Source of the DNA: Candidatus Latescibacterota bacterium
GTDB taxonomy: Bacteria > Latescibacterota > UBA2968 > UBA8231
DNA: 64,000 nt
Assembly (NCBI GenBank): GCA_965217585.1
Contig: OZ244561.1
Span: forward strand, 5,984,001 to 6,048,000
Direction: 5' to 3'
The position numbers and the translations under genes were made by a program. A model generated the notes under the pieces. The model had not been told where the DNA came from and made no database searches. It saw only the letters and a list, made by a program, of their open reading frames with translations. Below, one piece after another: positions 1-9,132 of the stretch. Every line of letters begins with the position of its first letter. Position 1 is the first letter of the stretch.

Positions 1-268
1 CGACGCGGCCTTGCCACTGGCGCACGTCTTGGGCGAATTGGCTGAGGGCGGCGTGGTCGCAGATGTCGAGGGCAGCGTGGTACACCTCACAGCCATAGGT
101 CTTTTTGAGATGCTCGGCGGTGGCTTGGGCACTGGCTTCTTGGCGCGAAGTAATGGCCAGATGGCAACCGGCGTCGGCTAGGCTTTCGGCCATGTCGCGG
201 CCCAAATCGCGGGCCCCGCCGATCACTACGGCAACTTGGCCGGTCAAGTCGAAAAGTTCTGTGCTCAT
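1..268 (-). CDS. Short-chain dehydrogenase/reductase (SDR), N-terminal part; runs off the window start
   Basis: Not in the ORF track. Manual translation from ATG at 268 gives MSTELFDLTGQVAVVIGGARDLGRDMAESLADAG..., a Rossmann GxxxxG-type SDR start. AGGAG Shine-Dalgarno (SD) lies 7 nt upstream. Confidence 0.85.
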   Translation of the reverse strand, partial: MSTELFDLTGQVAVVIGGARDLGRDMAESLADAGCHLAITSRQEASAQATAEHLKKTYGCEVYHAALDICDHAALSQFAQDVRQWQGRV

Positions 269-315
269 GGGGATGCTCCTAACGCGGGGCAATATAGGCG
301 TCTAAAGGTGGGGGA

Positions 316-1770
316 TTAATTAGATGGAGGCTCCCGAAAGGTCATTGCCGACCGCTGCTCCCAGCGGCACTGGTCGGGTGCGTTGGTCTGTTGGGCCCAG
401 TCGCGGATCAAGTCGATATCCGCCTGCCGCTCCTTTAGCCGCGCCGCGACCCGGGCTGGATCCCACCCGTCCAAGACCTGTTCGGTCAACTCGGTTACCA
501 ACTCTTGGCAATCCGGGTCTGCGGCCCGGTCCACTCGCTCTTGGGGATCCTCTGCTAGGTTGAATAACTGGGGCCGCTCCCGCCAATGGTAGACCAGTTT
601 CCACGGCCCGCGCCGCACCATGCGCTGCACTTGGCCCTCGCGCAGGGCGTATTCCGAAAAGGCTGTATCCGACCAATCGCCACGGCCCGTGCGCAGCAAC
701 TCCAGCGCTGGTCGGCCCGGCGAATTGGGTAAGGGCGGGGCACCTAGGGCTTGGAGCATGGTGGCGTTGAGGTCCAAGGCGCTCATTACCCGGTCGCAGC
801 GCATCCCAGCCGGCAAGACGCCGGGCCAAGAGACGATGGCTGGCACTTTGACCGACTCTTCGTAAAAAGTCCGCTTCATCCACAAGTCGTGCTCACCGAC
901 CAAATCGCCGTGATCCGAGCTGTACACCACCAAGGTGTTGTCGGCCAAGTCGTTTTCCCGCAGAGCCGTTAAAATGCGGCCGATCATGCCGTCCATTGCG
1001 GCGACCAAGGCCCAATAGGCAGCCCGAGCGTTGAGAATCCATTCCTCGGGTACATCCTGCAAATCGCCGTGGGCCCGCCACCAGTGGATCGCCGGGTGGA
1101 GGTGATCGCCAAAAGGCTCGCGCACTGCGGGCGGTCGAATTTTCGCTCGGTAGTAATCGTACAGGGGTCGCCGCGCCAAATAGGGAGAATGCGGCAGCAT
1201 AAAGCCGACGCTGAGGCTGAAAGGGCCTGCGGCTTGACCGGCGCGTTTTTGCACTCCCAGCCGATTTAAGAAATACACGGCCGCCGCGGTCACGTCCTCG
1301 TCGTGTTCTTGATACGCGCTCTGGCCTGGCCCGGCTTTCTCCAGATTCCCACGGCCAATGGCCGGGGCGACCCCCAAGCCGGGCCAATTGGAGCAGTGAT
1401 CGCCCACGGGCCTTGCGGCATAGCCGTGCAATTGGTCGGGACCTATGGAGTGCATGCGGCCGATCAGCACCGGTCGGTATCCGGCCGCCCCCATGGCGTG
1501 GGCCATCGTCGGCACCCCCGAATTGAGGATCTGATTGTTGGTCCACACTTCGATGTCGCTGGGGTAGCGCCCCGCGAGCATAGCCATGCGCGAGGCCACG
1601 CATACCGGCGACGGGCAGTACACCTGAGAGCATTGCACGCCCTCGGCGGCGAGGCGGTCCAAATGCGGCGTCTCCACCACCGGATCGCCGGCGCAGCCCA
1701 TGACGTAGGGATTGTGCTGGTCGGAGTGGATGTAGAGTAGATTGGGGCGCGGGTTGGGTGGTTGCTGCAT
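316..1770 (-). CDS. Sulfatase (choline-sulfatase-like, formylglycine-dependent)
   Basis: PNLLYIHSDQH N-terminal metal motif, CVASR active-site motif, GRMH, SSDHG, KRTFYEESVKVP, QLFNLAEDPQE. Start moved to the ATG at 1770, which follows AAAGGAGG. Confidence 0.92.
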   Translation of the reverse strand: MQQPPNPRPNLLYIHSDQHNPYVMGCAGDPVVETPHLDRLAAEGVQCSQVYCPSPVCVASRMAMLAGRYPSDIEVWTNNQILNSGVPTMAHAMGAAGYRPVLIGRMHSIGPDQLHGYAARPVGDHCSNWPGLGVAPAIGRGNLEKAGPGQSAYQEHDEDVTAAAVYFLNRLGVQKRAGQAAGPFSLSVGFMLPHSPYLARRPLYDYYRAKIRPPAVREPFGDHLHPAIHWWRAHGDLQDVPEEWILNARAAYWALVAAMDGMIGRILTALRENDLADNTLVVYSSDHGDLVGEHDLWMKRTFYEESVKVPAIVSWPGVLPAGMRCDRVMSALDLNATMLQALGAPPLPNSPGRPALELLRTGRGDWSDTAFSEYALREGQVQRMVRRGPWKLVYHWRERPQLFNLAEDPQERVDRAADPDCQELVTELTEQVLDGWDPARVAARLKERQADIDLIRDWAQQTNAPDQCRWEQRSAMTFREPPSN

Positions 1771-1786
1771 CGAGAAGCGTCCTCCT

Positions 1787-2911
1787 TTATAGAGACAAAC
1801 GAGCCCAGCGCACTTCCATGCAGGCGTCGTCGCCAGCGTAATAGACGACCATGACGTCGCCATCGGGCAGGGCTGCTGAAAAGGGCAGACCAAAACTCCA
1901 CAGGCCCATTTCGGCCAGCAGGTCGCCGGTGTCCCCTTGGCCGGCAGCGGTTTGCGAGGATTCGGCTGTCTGGCGGTATAGTTCTACTTCGGTGTCCGCG
2001 GCAAAAGGGGCGTCTGCCGCCGGGGCTAGACGGGCGCGGATCGAGTGCGATTGAAAGCGATTGACCCAAGCCAAGACCACACGGCCGTCGGGCAAAATGG
2101 CCGGATGCGCGGCTTGGTCGGGAAAACCGAGATCCTCGGGGGCAGACCAAGTGGCCCCTTCGTCTGCGCTGAGGTGGCGCTGGATATTGAGGTACTGGGT
2201 CGTCTGCCGGTCGTAGGTCCAAGTGAAGGTGACCACGCGGCCGTCGGGGCAGACGCCGGCGCGTTGGTCCCAGTTGAAGATGCGGCCGGTGGGGTCTTGG
2301 CAGGTGGTGACGGGAGCGCCCCAGGTCTGGCCCTGATCTTCTGAATACAAATACACCACCCGTTGCAGCCACTGGCCCCGGTCCAAATAGGTTTTATTGG
2401 TCTCGATGCTCAAGGCCAGCCGGCCGCTGGGCAGGACGAGTACGGGGTTAGTCAGGCTGGGTGGGCCGACATCCGGGGGGACGGATACGATGCGCCAGTC
2501 GGACCAGGTGCGCCCTAGGTCGTGGGAATCGGCTAAGACGATCTCCATGGGCAGGCAGCCCTCGGTCTCTTCGTTAAAGAGGGGCTGGCCCGGATAGGTC
2601 TGGCGGTCCACCCACAGGGCGGCTAGCAACAAGTGGCCGTTGCCCAAGTCGGTGATATAGCCCACCCGGAGCGAGCCGTTCAGCCCGTTCAAAGCAGTGG
2701 CAAAAGGGGTTGCGGGTGTGCTCCAAGATTGCCCGCCATCGTCCGAGCGCTTCAGTTCGATTGTGCCATCCGCCGAATCCTTGGTGCTGCCGACGCGGTA
2801 GGTGGCCAGTAGCGAGCCGTCGGCTAAGGGGGTAAGCGCGGGAAAGGTCGAAAAGGCGCGCGGCGTATTGGGCTCGCCGCGGTTGATGATGCCGCGATTG
2901 GTGATTTTCAT
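1787..2911 (-). CDS. BNR/Asp-box beta-propeller protein (sialidase-like glycosidase)
   Basis: Four Asp-boxes (SDDGGQSW, SHDLGRTW, SEDQGQTW, SADEGATW). Start at MKITNRG after a GGAG SD. Confidence 0.85.
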   Translation of the reverse strand: MKITNRGIINRGEPNTPRAFSTFPALTPLADGSLLATYRVGSTKDSADGTIELKRSDDGGQSWSTPATPFATALNGLNGSLRVGYITDLGNGHLLLAALWVDRQTYPGQPLFNEETEGCLPMEIVLADSHDLGRTWSDWRIVSVPPDVGPPSLTNPVLVLPSGRLALSIETNKTYLDRGQWLQRVVYLYSEDQGQTWGAPVTTCQDPTGRIFNWDQRAGVCPDGRVVTFTWTYDRQTTQYLNIQRHLSADEGATWSAPEDLGFPDQAAHPAILPDGRVVLAWVNRFQSHSIRARLAPAADAPFAADTEVELYRQTAESSQTAAGQGDTGDLLAEMGLWSFGLPFSAALPDGDVMVVYYAGDDACMEVRWARLSL

Positions 2912-3032
2912 TTTGATGCTCCAAGTTAGTCGCTTCTCATTGTGCGGTGCGTGTGTCTTATTATTCAAAGAGGCCGGGGTATAATAGCGATACTCGGGAT
3001 GGCTGGACAATGCCATAAAGAGGAGAACCTCG

Positions 3033-4217
3033 ATGCAGCAACCCCATTACAATAAAGACCTAGACGTCCGCCAGATAGGGCCGGAGGATTTATCCCATGC
3101 CCGCATGGTGGCCGGACGCGCCTTTATGGAACACGCCGAAGATTGGTACGGGGAGGATGAGACGGCGCTGGCTGGCTTTGATGGGGAGGGGACTTTGGTG
3201 TGCGCCTTGGGCTATCTGCTCGAATCGCTGTGGTGGGGCACGGCGCAGATCCCGGCCGGAGCCATCGGCGGGGTGGCTACCGATCCCAAGCATAAGCGGC
3301 GCGGTCATGCCGGTGGGCTTATGGTGCGGGCCATTCATATACTGCGGGAACGCGGTTGCTGTATCAGTCCGCTGTGGCCTTTTTCCTTTAGGTGGTACGG
3401 CAAGTTCGGTTGGGCTTGTCCAGCGCCGAGATTGGAACTGAAAGTATGGCCGGATTTGGTCCGCCAAGCCACGGCGACGGTGGGGGAGGTGCGGCGGGCG
3501 ACCGCGGAGGACGCAACCGCCGTGCATCGGTTGCACACCGAGGGGGCGCAGTTGCGGAATGGGCAGTCGGCGCGCTCGGAAGCGTTTTGGCAAAAGGAGG
3601 AGATACGGCGCGAGCTTTGGGTGCTGGAGGAGGACGGTGGGGGAGTGGACTGCTCCGCCTTGATCGAGATAGGGGATATGGGGCGCGCCCAAGGCAAACG
3701 CATTACCGTGCGGGAACTGCACGGGGCCTCTTTTGCTGCTCAATTGAAATTCGTACGGTCCTTGGCCGATATGGACGGGGTAGCCGCCCTAAAGTTAGAG
3801 CTACCGCCCGACAGTTTGTTGCTCCACGCTTTTCCAGAGCGCTTTGATGTTGTCGTGGAGTACGACCTAGCGCTGCGAGTGCTGGACGTGGGCCAAGCTC
3901 TGACGCATCTCAAGCCGCCCGAAAATCTGCGGGCGACGGTTGCGTTTGAAGTGGCCGATTGGGTGGTGAGTGCCGATAAGCCGCTGGCAGTGACAGTCCA
4001 AGCTGAAGGGGGTCAAGTGGAGGTCGAGGCCAAGGCAGACAAAGACGCGCTGCGCTGCGATATTAACACTTTTACCCAATTGTTTGCCGGCGGCTTGACC
4101 GTGGCCCAAGCCCGGGCCATGGGACGTTTGACCGGTGGCAATCCGATGGTGGGGGCGGCCTGCGATGCGTTGTTACACGGGCGCGTACCGTACCGCTCCG
4201 ATGTCGAGGCGGGGTAG
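3033..4217 (+). CDS. Eis-family GNAT N-acetyltransferase with C-terminal SCP2-like domain
   Basis: IGGVATDPKHKRRGHAG acetyl-CoA motif, LWPFSFRWYGKFGW, LRVLDVGQAL, and a C-terminal DINTFTQLFAG segment. AGGAG SD. Confidence 0.88.
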   Translation: MQQPHYNKDLDVRQIGPEDLSHARMVAGRAFMEHAEDWYGEDETALAGFDGEGTLVCALGYLLESLWWGTAQIPAGAIGGVATDPKHKRRGHAGGLMVRAIHILRERGCCISPLWPFSFRWYGKFGWACPAPRLELKVWPDLVRQATATVGEVRRATAEDATAVHRLHTEGAQLRNGQSARSEAFWQKEEIRRELWVLEEDGGGVDCSALIEIGDMGRAQGKRITVRELHGASFAAQLKFVRSLADMDGVAALKLELPPDSLLLHAFPERFDVVVEYDLALRVLDVGQALTHLKPPENLRATVAFEVADWVVSADKPLAVTVQAEGGQVEVEAKADKDALRCDINTFTQLFAGGLTVAQARAMGRLTGGNPMVGAACDALLHGRVPYRSDVEAG

Positions 4218-4250
4218 GGCTAGACACATAAGTCACGCGAGGAGAGAATT

Positions 4251-5009
4251 ATGGTTTTAGCGACAGAAATGCACCTACGGCAATACCGCGAAGAAGGCTA
4301 TTGCCTAGTCGAAGAATTGATTCCAGCCGATTTAATCGAGGCCGCACGCCAGCGCACCATGGAAATAGCCGGGGCCTTAGCTGACTGGCCGTCAAGGCAT
4401 TTCCAGGTACTCGATCCAGATCGTTATAAAGCCGCTGGGGGTAGTCCGCTGCCGGGCGGTATTCAGCAGCCGGCCAGCCAGGAGGATGTGTTCGCGCGGA
4501 TCACCGACCATCCGCGCTTGGCCGAAGTCATGGCGGCTCTGCTGGGAGGGCCAGTGGAACGCTTTACCGATCAGATAGGGGTCAAGCACGCTGCAGTCGT
4601 CGAAGAGCAAGGGGGCCGCAGCTATTTCCATCAGGATTCGTTCTACTGGAAAATAGCGCCAGAGTTGGGTTGCAACTGCTGGATCCCTTTGACGGAAGTC
4701 GGGGTAGAAGCCAGCGCCTTAGCCGTGATGCCGGCTAGCCATCAAGGTTGGCGGCTCATCGAGCACGAATCGTACTACGACGATCCGCCTATGGGTCACG
4801 TGGGCGACGACGGCTTCCAGCCCTTCAAACGCCATCGGGTGCCCCTAGAGCAGGTGGACTTTGCCCAAGAGAAGCTAATCGCCACTAGGCCGGGCGATGG
4901 GCTGTTCTTCAGCAATTACACTTGGCACCGCAGCGAGCCGAATCGCAGTGGCCGGTCGCAGGCTTTTTACGCCATTGCGTACCAGCGCCGCGCATCTAGG
5001 GCCACCTAG
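4251..5009 (+). CDS. PhyH-family Fe(II)/2-oxoglutarate dioxygenase (canonical HxD)
   Basis: YREEGYCLVE start, HQD, WIPL, VMPASH, TWHRSEPNRS..R. Confidence 0.9.
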   Translation: MVLATEMHLRQYREEGYCLVEELIPADLIEAARQRTMEIAGALADWPSRHFQVLDPDRYKAAGGSPLPGGIQQPASQEDVFARITDHPRLAEVMAALLGGPVERFTDQIGVKHAAVVEEQGGRSYFHQDSFYWKIAPELGCNCWIPLTEVGVEASALAVMPASHQGWRLIEHESYYDDPPMGHVGDDGFQPFKRHRVPLEQVDFAQEKLIATRPGDGLFFSNYTWHRSEPNRSGRSQAFYAIAYQRRASRAT

Positions 5010-5075
5010 TCGGCGTATCCTAGAGAACGACTTGCAGGAATGTCCCAATCTCGCCGTTAATCCGGCTTGTACATA

Positions 5076-7037
5076 ATGACAGGCCCCTCCTCCCAATCGC
5101 CTTCCGATCTGGCGTCTCCCCCTCTGATCACCTTACGCGCCTTAGTCCTAGGCGCTCTGACGATTGCCGCCATGTTCTACTACATCGTTCAAGTAGGGCA
5201 GGGTCGGGGCTGGGGCAGCTTTATCTACTCCCAGTACTCTATGGCGGCCTTCATGCCCTTTGTCCTGTGGCTCTTTCTCAACTGCCTCCTCAAGCGCCTG
5301 TGGCCCCGTCTAGCCCTGCGCCGCGGCGAAATTCTCACCATCTTTGCCATGACTTGGGTGGTGAGCAGCATGCCCCAGAAGGGATGGATGAACTACTGGC
5401 CTACCTCGCTAGCCACGCCCGGTTATTTCCTCACGCCCGATGGACCTTGGTACGAGACCATTCAGGCTCTCTTGCCCTGGCACGTTTTCCCCGATTCTTC
5501 ACCCCGGGTGATCGACACCTTTTGGCATGGTCTGCCCCAGGGCATGTCCATCCCTTGGGATGGCTGGGTGATCCCCTTCATTCAGTGGCTCAGTGTGTCT
5601 TTGGGCATGGTGCTCTTCGGTTTCTGCCTGATCGCTCTCTTTCAGCACCAGTGGGCCGAAGTAGAAAAACTCCCCTTTCCCTTGGCGCAGATGCCCATGG
5701 ACCTGACCGAGGGCATGGACGGCTCGCGCCGCATGCCCGACCTCTTTTGCTCACCTCTTTTCTGGCTCGGCTTTGGGACGGTCTTTTTGCCGATGCTCTA
5801 TAATATCGCCACCTACTTTGCCCCCGGTTTGCAGGCCGTGGAAATCTTCGTGCGATACAACCTTGCCATCGGCGAACACCTGCCTCAGGGCATCTGGTTC
5901 CGGATAGTGCCGCTGGGCTTGGCGGTGATCTATCTGTGCCCACTGGACATCCTAGGCAGCCTGCTGGTCTTCTACTGGCTGACCATCCCCAAGGAGTGGG
6001 TCATGCGGCGGACGGGTTTTACTATTGGGAGCGAAGGCCAGCAAATCGACGCTTGGGAGATCCTCTACATGGAGAGTTACGGCGCCTTAGTCTTCGTGGG
6101 CCTGTGGTCCATCTGGCTGGCGCGCCGCCACTTGTGGAGTGTGTGGCACATGGTGTACAGCGGCCAGGGAGATCCCCGCCAAGTCGCCCACTTTCGCCTA
6201 GTCCTGGCCGGCCTAGTGCTGTCGGCTGCCTATGTCGTCGGCTGGCTCATGACCATAGGTATGAGCTTACCTCTGGCCGTCGGCATGTTCCTGCTCATTG
6301 CGATTGTCTATCTAGTCACTGTCAAGCTCATCGCCGCCACCGGCTTTGCCTACCTCTTCCCCAACTGGGCGCATCTGAAGGGCGGCTCCTTTATCGTCGA
6401 CTTGGTCGGCACGGCCAACCTCTCGCCGCGCAGCTTGGTTGCGTACCGGTTATTCGACAGCAATCTTTTTTTTGGCACTTTTCGCCTGTTGGCTTGGCCG
6501 GCGATCACCCACATTTTGCGGATTTTCTCCTTGCGCAACCAGCCGCGCTATGTCATCGCGCTGGTCTTTGTCGCCTTTCCCGTGGGTTTCCTCGCCGCCG
6601 GCGGTGCCACCATCAAACTGGCCTATCAGAGCGGCGGGTTTAATGTGCTGGGAGGCGGTTCGGGCATCGTCGATGGCATCGGTCGCCTGCTGAGCAATCC
6701 CACCGTGCCGAACGCCGGCAAGTGGGCCGTCTGGTTGCTCGGCTTTTTCGAGGCGGCCGGCGTTGCTTTCCTGCGCGCCCGTTTCCACTGGTTCTCGCTC
6801 CATCCCATCGGTCCGGTTTTTCAGTATACCTATGGCGTGTGGCTCTACTGGTCCGGTCTTTTCATCGTCTGGCTGGTCAAATTCACCCTGCTGCGCTACG
6901 GCGGGATAAGGGCCTATCTGGCCGGCAAGCCTTTCTTCTACGGTCTGGCCATCGGCTATGTGATCGGGGTGATGCTCTCGAGTGTAGTGGATCTGATCTG
7001 GTTCCCGATGGAGGGCCACCGGGTACACGCTTGGTGA
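5076..7037 (+). CDS. Polytopic membrane protein, DUF6785/DUF6784-like putative transporter, paralog 1
   Basis: ~655 aa with many hydrophobic segments. Motifs ITLRAL, QWxxxEKLxFPLAQMP, RFHWFxLHPIG and KPFFYGLxxG are shared with three paralogs. Alternative TTG start at 5067. Confidence 0.8.
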   Translation: MTGPSSQSPSDLASPPLITLRALVLGALTIAAMFYYIVQVGQGRGWGSFIYSQYSMAAFMPFVLWLFLNCLLKRLWPRLALRRGEILTIFAMTWVVSSMPQKGWMNYWPTSLATPGYFLTPDGPWYETIQALLPWHVFPDSSPRVIDTFWHGLPQGMSIPWDGWVIPFIQWLSVSLGMVLFGFCLIALFQHQWAEVEKLPFPLAQMPMDLTEGMDGSRRMPDLFCSPLFWLGFGTVFLPMLYNIATYFAPGLQAVEIFVRYNLAIGEHLPQGIWFRIVPLGLAVIYLCPLDILGSLLVFYWLTIPKEWVMRRTGFTIGSEGQQIDAWEILYMESYGALVFVGLWSIWLARRHLWSVWHMVYSGQGDPRQVAHFRLVLAGLVLSAAYVVGWLMTIGMSLPLAVGMFLLIAIVYLVTVKLIAATGFAYLFPNWAHLKGGSFIVDLVGTANLSPRSLVAYRLFDSNLFFGTFRLLAWPAITHILRIFSLRNQPRYVIALVFVAFPVGFLAAGGATIKLAYQSGGFNVLGGGSGIVDGIGRLLSNPTVPNAGKWAVWLLGFFEAAGVAFLRARFHWFSLHPIGPVFQYTYGVWLYWSGLFIVWLVKFTLLRYGGIRAYLAGKPFFYGLAIGYVIGVMLSSVVDLIWFPMEGHRVHAW

Positions 7038-7119
7038 CGCCGGCCTGTCGAGCAACAACATCGTACTCTACTGGGTACTGAACAACGAGAAAAACCTGTT
7101 CACGGAAGCAGGTCAGTGC

Positions 7120-9102
7120 ATGCCCGAGCGTTCCTCTTCTGTCCACAGCCCAGCCACAACCTCCCGTCCCCCCGAAGAAACGGCCCCGCTCATCACCCTG
7201 CGCGCCCTGATCCTCGGCACGCTGACTATCGCCGCCATGTTCTACTACATCATCCAGGTGGCCGAGCGGTTGGGCTTGGGGAGCTACGTGCACTCGCAGT
7301 ACCCCATGGCCGCGTTCATACCCTTTGTCCTGTGGCTCTTTGTCAACGTGGCGCTCAAGAACCTGTGGCCGAACCTCGCCCTGCGGCGGGGAGAGTTGCT
7401 CACCATATTCACCATGACTTGGGTTGTAGGAACTATACCCCAGTTGGGATGGATGGATTACTGGCTCGCCATCCTGGCCCTACCTAGCTATAACGCCACC
7501 CCCGAAAACCAGTACGCCGAACTCCTTTTCGACTACCTGCCTTGGCACGTCTTTCCCGACACCTCGCCCCGCGTGCTCAATCCGTTCTGGCTGGGTCTGC
7601 CCGAGGGCATGGACATACCCTGGAAAGGCTGGGTGAGACCTCTGCTTCAGTGGCTCGGTGTATCCCTGGCTCTGGTCGTCTTCGGCTTTTGCCTCATCGC
7701 CCTCTTCCAGCGCCACTGGGTCGAGGCCGAGAAACTCACCTTTCCCCTGGCGCAGATGCCTCTGGACTTGACCCGCGGCTTTGATGGCCCCCGGCGCCTA
7801 CCCGACCTCTTCTGCACGCCCCTCTTCTGGATGGGCTTTGCTGCTGTTTTTGCACCTATGCTCTACAACATCGGTACCTACTTTAATCCCAGCCTGCCCG
7901 CTATCGAACTCTATTTGAAGTATCACTATGTTGAATTTGGCCCCGGTGCCGGTCTGCTGTTCCGGGTTGTACCGCTAGTGCTGGCTCTGACCTATCTGTG
8001 TCCCGTCGATATCTTAGGCAGCTTGTGGGTATTCCACCTGCTGGCCGTCCTCAAGGTAGGATTGATGGAGCGCGTTGGCTTTAGCGTGGGAGGGGCGGGC
8101 CAGGCTGTGTCCGGGGGGTTCATTATCTACATGGAGAGCTACGGAGCCACCATTTTCCTGGCCCTGTGGTCCTTCTGGCTGGGTCGCCAGCACCTGCGCC
8201 GGGTGTGGCATCAGGTGCGCACCGGCGCTGGAGATTCCCGCGAGGTAGCCCACTACCGCTTGGTGCTAGCCGGCCTAGTGCTCTCGGCTACTTACGTGGT
8301 GTACTGGCTCGTAGGCTTAGGCATGAGTTTGACCTTGGCGCTGGGTTCATTTGTGCTCATGACCTTGGTCTACTTCGTCATTGCCAAACTTGTCGCCGCC
8401 ACGGGCTTCACCTACCTTTTGCCGCGCGGTGTGGACATGAAGGGCCAAACCTTCATCACTGTGCTGATCGGTTCGGCCTACCTGCCGGTGCGCGACATGG
8501 TAGCCTATAAGCTCTTCACTAGTAAGGCATTCTTTGGCTACCAGCAGGTCCCGGCTTGGCCGGCGCTCACTCATCTCCTGCGCATCTTCTCCCTGCGCCA
8601 GCAGCCGCGCTGGGTGAGTGCAGTGGTATTCGTCGCTTTTCCAGTGGGCTTCTTGGTGGCCGCCTGGGCCGCCATTGATCTGGCCTACGATGAAGGCGGC
8701 GCTGTTTTCCTGTCGCACAAGGGGGACCGCGCTTACAACGACATGGTCCACAACATGCACAATCCCCGGTTGCCGGACCTGGGCTACTGGGGCATCTGGT
8801 TTGCGGGTTTCTTCGAAGCCGCGGCCATCGCCTTCATGCGCGGTCGTTTCCACTGGTTTCCACTGCATCCCATCGGGCCGGCCTTCCAGAACACCCACGG
8901 CATCCAGTTCTACTGGTTCAGTCTCTTCCTAGTGTGGCTCGTCAAGGTGACCTTGCTGCACTATGGAGGTGCCAAGGCCTTTCGCGCTGGCAAGCCCTTC
9001 TTCTACGGCTTGGGGATCGGCTACGTTATCGGCGTGACCCTTTCTGGCGCGGTAGACCTCATCTGGTTCCCGGTGGATAGCCATCCGGTCCACGGCTGGT
9101 GA
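7120..9102 (+). CDS. Polytopic membrane protein, DUF6785/DUF6784-like putative transporter, paralog 2
   Basis: 660-aa ORF collinear with paralog 1, with the same motifs. Confidence 0.8.
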   Translation: MPERSSSVHSPATTSRPPEETAPLITLRALILGTLTIAAMFYYIIQVAERLGLGSYVHSQYPMAAFIPFVLWLFVNVALKNLWPNLALRRGELLTIFTMTWVVGTIPQLGWMDYWLAILALPSYNATPENQYAELLFDYLPWHVFPDTSPRVLNPFWLGLPEGMDIPWKGWVRPLLQWLGVSLALVVFGFCLIALFQRHWVEAEKLTFPLAQMPLDLTRGFDGPRRLPDLFCTPLFWMGFAAVFAPMLYNIGTYFNPSLPAIELYLKYHYVEFGPGAGLLFRVVPLVLALTYLCPVDILGSLWVFHLLAVLKVGLMERVGFSVGGAGQAVSGGFIIYMESYGATIFLALWSFWLGRQHLRRVWHQVRTGAGDSREVAHYRLVLAGLVLSATYVVYWLVGLGMSLTLALGSFVLMTLVYFVIAKLVAATGFTYLLPRGVDMKGQTFITVLIGSAYLPVRDMVAYKLFTSKAFFGYQQVPAWPALTHLLRIFSLRQQPRWVSAVVFVAFPVGFLVAAWAAIDLAYDEGGAVFLSHKGDRAYNDMVHNMHNPRLPDLGYWGIWFAGFFEAAAIAFMRGRFHWFPLHPIGPAFQNTHGIQFYWFSLFLVWLVKVTLLHYGGAKAFRAGKPFFYGLGIGYVIGVTLSGAVDLIWFPVDSHPVHGW

Positions 9103-9132
9103 GACTCGCAATTTATTGGATTAGCACCAGTT

